64,000 nucleotides of DNA, taken from Macrostomum lignano. Taxonomy: Eukaryota. Below are positions 60,248 to 64,000 of this stretch, piece by piece. How positions within the stretch are numbered: position 1 is the first letter of the stretch; each line of letters opens with the position of its first letter. The stretch lies in assembly GCA_002269645.1 (NCBI GenBank), contig NIVC01001162.1, forward strand, positions 54,437-118,436, in the 5' to 3' direction. A program made the position numbers and the translations under genes. Under the pieces are notes generated by a model. The model saw only the letters and a list, made by a program, of their open reading frames with translations. It was not told the origin of the DNA and ran no database searches.

Positions 60248-60578
60248 CCCCGGCGCTTGACGTGGACTGGCAGAGCGACACAACCTTCGCCAGCTGCTCC
60301 ACCGACCAGACCATCCAGGTGTGCCGCCTCGGTGAGGACCGGCCGATCAAGACCTTTCACGGCCACACCAACGAGGTCAATGCTATCAAGTGGGACCCCG
60401 TTGGCCGCCTGCTGGCCTCCTGCTCAGACGACATGACCCTGAAACTGTGGTCCATGGACGGCAGGGCCAACCAGCCGGTGCACGACTTCAAGGCCCACCA
60501 GAAAGAGATTTATACAATCAAGTGGAGTCCAACAGGATACAGCACCTCGAATCCTAATGCTAATCTCTATCTGGCTAG
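60248..60578 (+). CDS. TBL1XR1: TBL1 exon 7 (WD40 repeats)
   Basis: [63 protein letters not shown]; AG|gtatgt. Confidence 0.93.
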
Positions 60579-60694
60579 GTATGTAGAACCGCGGTTTAGC
60601 TTGCCAGTGACGAAAATAGCCGCTTCTTTCTCTGCTCGCTACTATTCAAGAATGCACAGTAGTGCAATTATCGCATCCACACGATTATTCCCAG

Positions 60695-60860
60695 CGCCAG
60701 TTTCGACTCCACAGTCCGACTGTGGGACATCGAGGCCGGTCGCTGCTGCTACGTGTTCAGCAACCACCGGGAGCCGGTGTACAGCGTGGCATTCTCGCCC
60801 TGCGGCCGCTACCTGGCTTCCGGCAGTTTCGACAAATGCGTGCACATCTGGAGCGTCAGG
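60695..60860 (+). CDS. TBL1XR1: TBL1 exon 8
   Basis: [41 protein letters not shown]; AGG|gttcgt. Confidence 0.9.
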
Positions 60861-60886
60861 GTTCGTGCTTTATTGAGACGAGTTTA

Positions 60887-61262
60887 GGGGTCCCTGATTC
60901 CCAGTATTTGATCGCTTCCAGTCCAGGAGAGGTCCGAGGTCCCTGATTCCCAGTATTGTCGCTTCCAGTCCAGGAGAGGTCCGAGGTCCCTGATTCCCAG
61001 TATTGATCGCTTCCAGTCCAGGAGAGGTCCGAGGTCCCTGATTCCCAGTATTGGTCGCTTCCAGTCCAGGAGAGTTCCGAGGTCCCTGATTCCCAGTATT
61101 GATCGCTTCCAGTCCAGGAGAGGTCCGAGGTCCCTGATTCCCAGTATTGGTCGCTTCCAGTCCAGGAGAGTTCCGAGGTCCCTGATTCCCAGTATTGGTC
61201 GCTTCCAGTCCAGGAGAGGTCCGAGGTCCCTGATTCCCAGTATTGGTCGCTTCCAGTCCAGC
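60887..61262. repeat. 48-bp minisatellite in TBL1 intron 8, about 8 copies
   Basis: GTCCCTGATTCCCAGTATTGGTCGCTTCCAGTCCAGGAGAGGTCCGAG. Confidence 0.95.
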
Positions 61263-61319
61263 TGAGCTCCAAGCTCCCTGATAAAACCATATAAAACAAA
61301 AGCGGCATTTTCTCCGCAG

Positions 61320-61421
61320 ACGGGCTCCCTAGTACACCGTTATCAGGGCACCGGCGGCATCTTTGAAGTCTGCTGGAATCACCGCGGCGACCGGGTGGGC
61401 GCCAGCGCTGCCGACGGGACG
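61320..61421 (+). CDS. TBL1XR1: TBL1 exon 9
   Basis: tctccgcag|[34 protein letters not shown]|gtgagg. Confidence 0.92.
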
Positions 61422-61535
61422 GTGAGGCTTTGGGTTTGAGATGCTTTTTACTGAGCTGAGACCGTCAAACTAAGTAGTAGGACTGTGGCTGAGACCGATC
61501 CATATTTCATCCCGCCTTCCTTTTACCTGTTTCAG

Positions 61536-61568
61536 GTTGTCATTCTGGACTTGCGCAAGATGCAATAA
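61536..61568 (+). CDS. TBL1XR1: TBL1 exon 10 (stop)
   Basis: tgtttcag|VVILDLRKMQ*. Confidence 0.9.
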   Translation, partial: VVILDLRKMQ

Positions 61569-63480
61569 ATTAATTCAATGACAGTAATAATATTAATAAT
61601 CTGACTTGGTGTAATTCATTTTTGCAATTAAAATTTATCGGTATATTTTGTCCGGCACTAATCTGCCCCACCAAATCCAATCAGATTAAATTGTACAGGT
61701 GCCCGTAGGCACTCCTGTTGCACTATCTCCGTGTTTTATTGCCTATTTGTTGCTCTCATTGCTAACTTTGCTGTCGCTGTTGTTCTTTCACTTTCCAATC
61801 GATCTTGGTGGCATTGTGAAATCAAAACGTGCATTAATTATTTAATAATTGTATTCTATTTATGTACTCGTAATTGTGCATCTCTATCTACCTGAAACGT
61901 GAACGCCAATTGAAAGCGCAGATCATATAACTTATTTCTCTCCTGGGTTCGCTATCTCTATCCCCAGCTTATTATCCCCAAGGGGCAAAGCTAGCTGCTA
62001 ATGTGCATTGCTGCGCCTAACTAAAGGTTCATTGGATGAAAATTTCTCTTTACACTACGTTCGTTATTTCGTTCGCAACCTGTGCGCCCGCCGGTTGTTA
62101 TTCCAATTTTATTATCCGATGTACATAGGCTTTCGCAAGCGCTTACTGAATGTACATGAACTGTTATCTTTGTACCTCACGCCGGCCAGCAACCCCCCAC
62201 CCCATTATGTACATTGGCGTCTGAGGCGCTAACTAAATGTACATTGATTTAACTTCCCTTCCCCCAGTTGGTTCGTTATCTCATTCACACCCTGTGACCC
62301 CCCGCGGTCCCCCTTATTACACAACTGTACATTGGCTGTTGCGGCTTTAACTAAATGTTCATTTCTTCGGCTGTTAATAAAAAGCTTAGTATAGTGGATA
62401 TATACTAGGCAATAGCAATAAATGCCGGTATGCTGGGAGAAACAGCGACTACAAAAAAATCCTGTTATTTATCTACGGTTGAAATTGAAAACGAAACGTC
62501 GAAACCGTTGCAAGCCGGTTGTGTTTTTAAGAGCTACGCCATTTTTAACTGCATACTTGACGTTGGTGCCAAAAGCTGTGCACGATTAGACTATTGCTAC
62601 TAATGATATTCGCTGCTTTTGCCCGCTAATTTTCCGCACCACTTTGTCTAGCTGTGGTTGCATAGTAACGGGTTTACCCAGTTGCCTTGCGGCTTTCTAC
62701 AATATGTTATTTATTTTTGTCTTTTATGATTCCTTGCGCACTCGATTGGTTGATTATTATTTTGCGCATTACATAGCTTAACTGACCCGATGCAATTTTG
62801 CTTTCATATCTAACACTTCGTTTTTACTGCAAGATCATCGCGGCGAATACGCCAGCAATTAAACTCCTGTGAGTAGTTAAAGGCACATTTTAAACTCTTT
62901 TTATAGGCGCAATGAACTCGCATCATTATTGTCAAATATATATATATATGTAAAAGTTCATTCATAACATTAATTGTGCGCATTATTGCAGTTTTAACCG
63001 CGGCGATTTCATTTGGAAGATTGAAATACAGAACACATTTTGCCTCCGTCTTTTTCTATGGCTTTCGCACAAGTTATAAAGAAACGCACAATTTACACTC
63101 GTAAATTAAAGGCCAGAGCTGCATGCGATTGATTATATATTTAATTTAGCATAGACTGACTGTTAACAAAAATTACAGTAGAACAGTTACCGGGAATCAA
63201 CAATAACATTAATTATTAGAAAAGTTTTGAAAATACGGCATCATATGAATAAGAATTTCAAGCCCGTTGTTAAATTTCAACATTTGATGCAATAATTATC
63301 GGATAAGAGTAGTACAGTAGGACTATAAAGCATTGAGTTATTTAAAATTAGATGAGTAATAGCTAATAAAGCTTGTCAAGCACAACAACTGTAGACATTG
63401 GATACGGAAAATTGACACGCAATAAGCAAACAGCGTGCACAACGATTTGCAGTAAGATTGCAGCTTGGGACATTTTCCCC

Positions 63481-63700
63481 AGCAGTAGAGTCCCAGGATT
63501 ATTGGGATTATTTGTTGTTGAGTGGCACCTTAGCACTGGGCTCGTTTAAGTAGTTTGGGATCCTATAATTGGGATTTTAGCGTTAAAACTAGCAGTAGAG
63601 TCCCAGGATTATTGGGATTTTTGTTGCGAGTGGCACCTTAGCACTGGGCTCGTTTAGGTAGTTTGGGATCCATGATTGGGATTTTAGCATTGAGATTTCA
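63481..63700. repeat. About 110-bp direct duplication downstream of ACTL6
   Basis: AGCAGTAGAGTCCCAGGATTATTGGGATT.. at 63481 and 63591. Confidence 0.85.
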
Positions 63701-63784
63701 GCTTCGCGATTCTGGTAGGAAAATGATCCCATGTAATGAAATGTACTTTAGCAAAGGAAATAAAAGTCGTCAACAGACTAATCG

Positions 63785-64000
63785 TCAAGGACATTTCTTC
63801 TCAATGAAGGACTTGCCGGACTCCTCGTACTCCTGCTTGAGAACCACATCTGCTGGAAGCCAAGCGAGCCCAGTATGGAGCCGCCAATCCAGCTGGCGAA
63901 GCGGCGCTCGCCCGAACTTGGAAGCCAGCAGCTTCAGCGGAGGGTTGCCGCGGCCCTGGCCGTCAGGTCGCGCTGAAGCCGGTCCGTTGAAGCCCTTCAA
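63785..64000 (-). CDS. ACTL6A: Actin-like protein 6 (BAF53/Arp4), last exon, partial, with small indels
   Basis: After fixing indels reads GFTDRLQRDL..ERRFASWIGGSILGSLG.FQQMW.SKQEYEESGKSFIEKKCP*. The KCP ending (versus KCF in actin) is typical of BAF53. Confidence 0.82.
   Translation of the reverse strand: MKGFNGPASARPDGQGRGNPPLKLLASKFGRAPLRQLDWRLHTGLAWLPADVVLKQEYEESGKSFIEKKCP

Noticed and set aside
3943-61262. CRISPR arrays
   Set aside because: The arrays are head-to-tail units with no unique spacers, there are no cas genes, and the context is eukaryotic.
62008-62360. Loose TAACTAAATGTACATTG-like recurrences in the TBL1 3' region
   Set aside because: Three degenerate copies with no clear period or structure.

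Overview
Eukaryotic (animal) genomic DNA, not prokaryotic. GC/CpG-rich exons alternate with minisatellite-filled introns and with AT-rich, CpG-poor blocks of decayed transposons. This style resembles the flatworm Macrostomum lignano, which is an inference I cannot verify here. Four host genes are supported: twinfilin (+, 2860-5359, first exon not seen), a PDZ-containing myosin XVIII (+, about 22708-45687, at least 13 exons), TBL1X/TBL1XR1-ebi (+, 56570-61568, 10 exons, several 1-bp indels) and the last exon of ACTL6/BAF53 (-, 63785-64000). Intergenic DNA holds remnants of Merlin/IS1595-like, MULE (FLYWCH, PHD), CACTA-accessory-like, LINE and SINE elements, plus a 592-bp MITE and a foldback-like element. 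Main leads: (1) almost every long intron carries its own private tandem-repeat family, and many units mimic splice signals or share an AATCCC/GGGATT core; (2) transposon copies show C>T change at CpG and also at CpA (CpA>TpA), a RIP-like pattern, while exons keep CpG; (3) a hidden in-frame internal first exon in myosin XVIII intron 7 predicts a motor-less isoform. All coordinates were read by eye; repeat boundaries and copy numbers are approximate.
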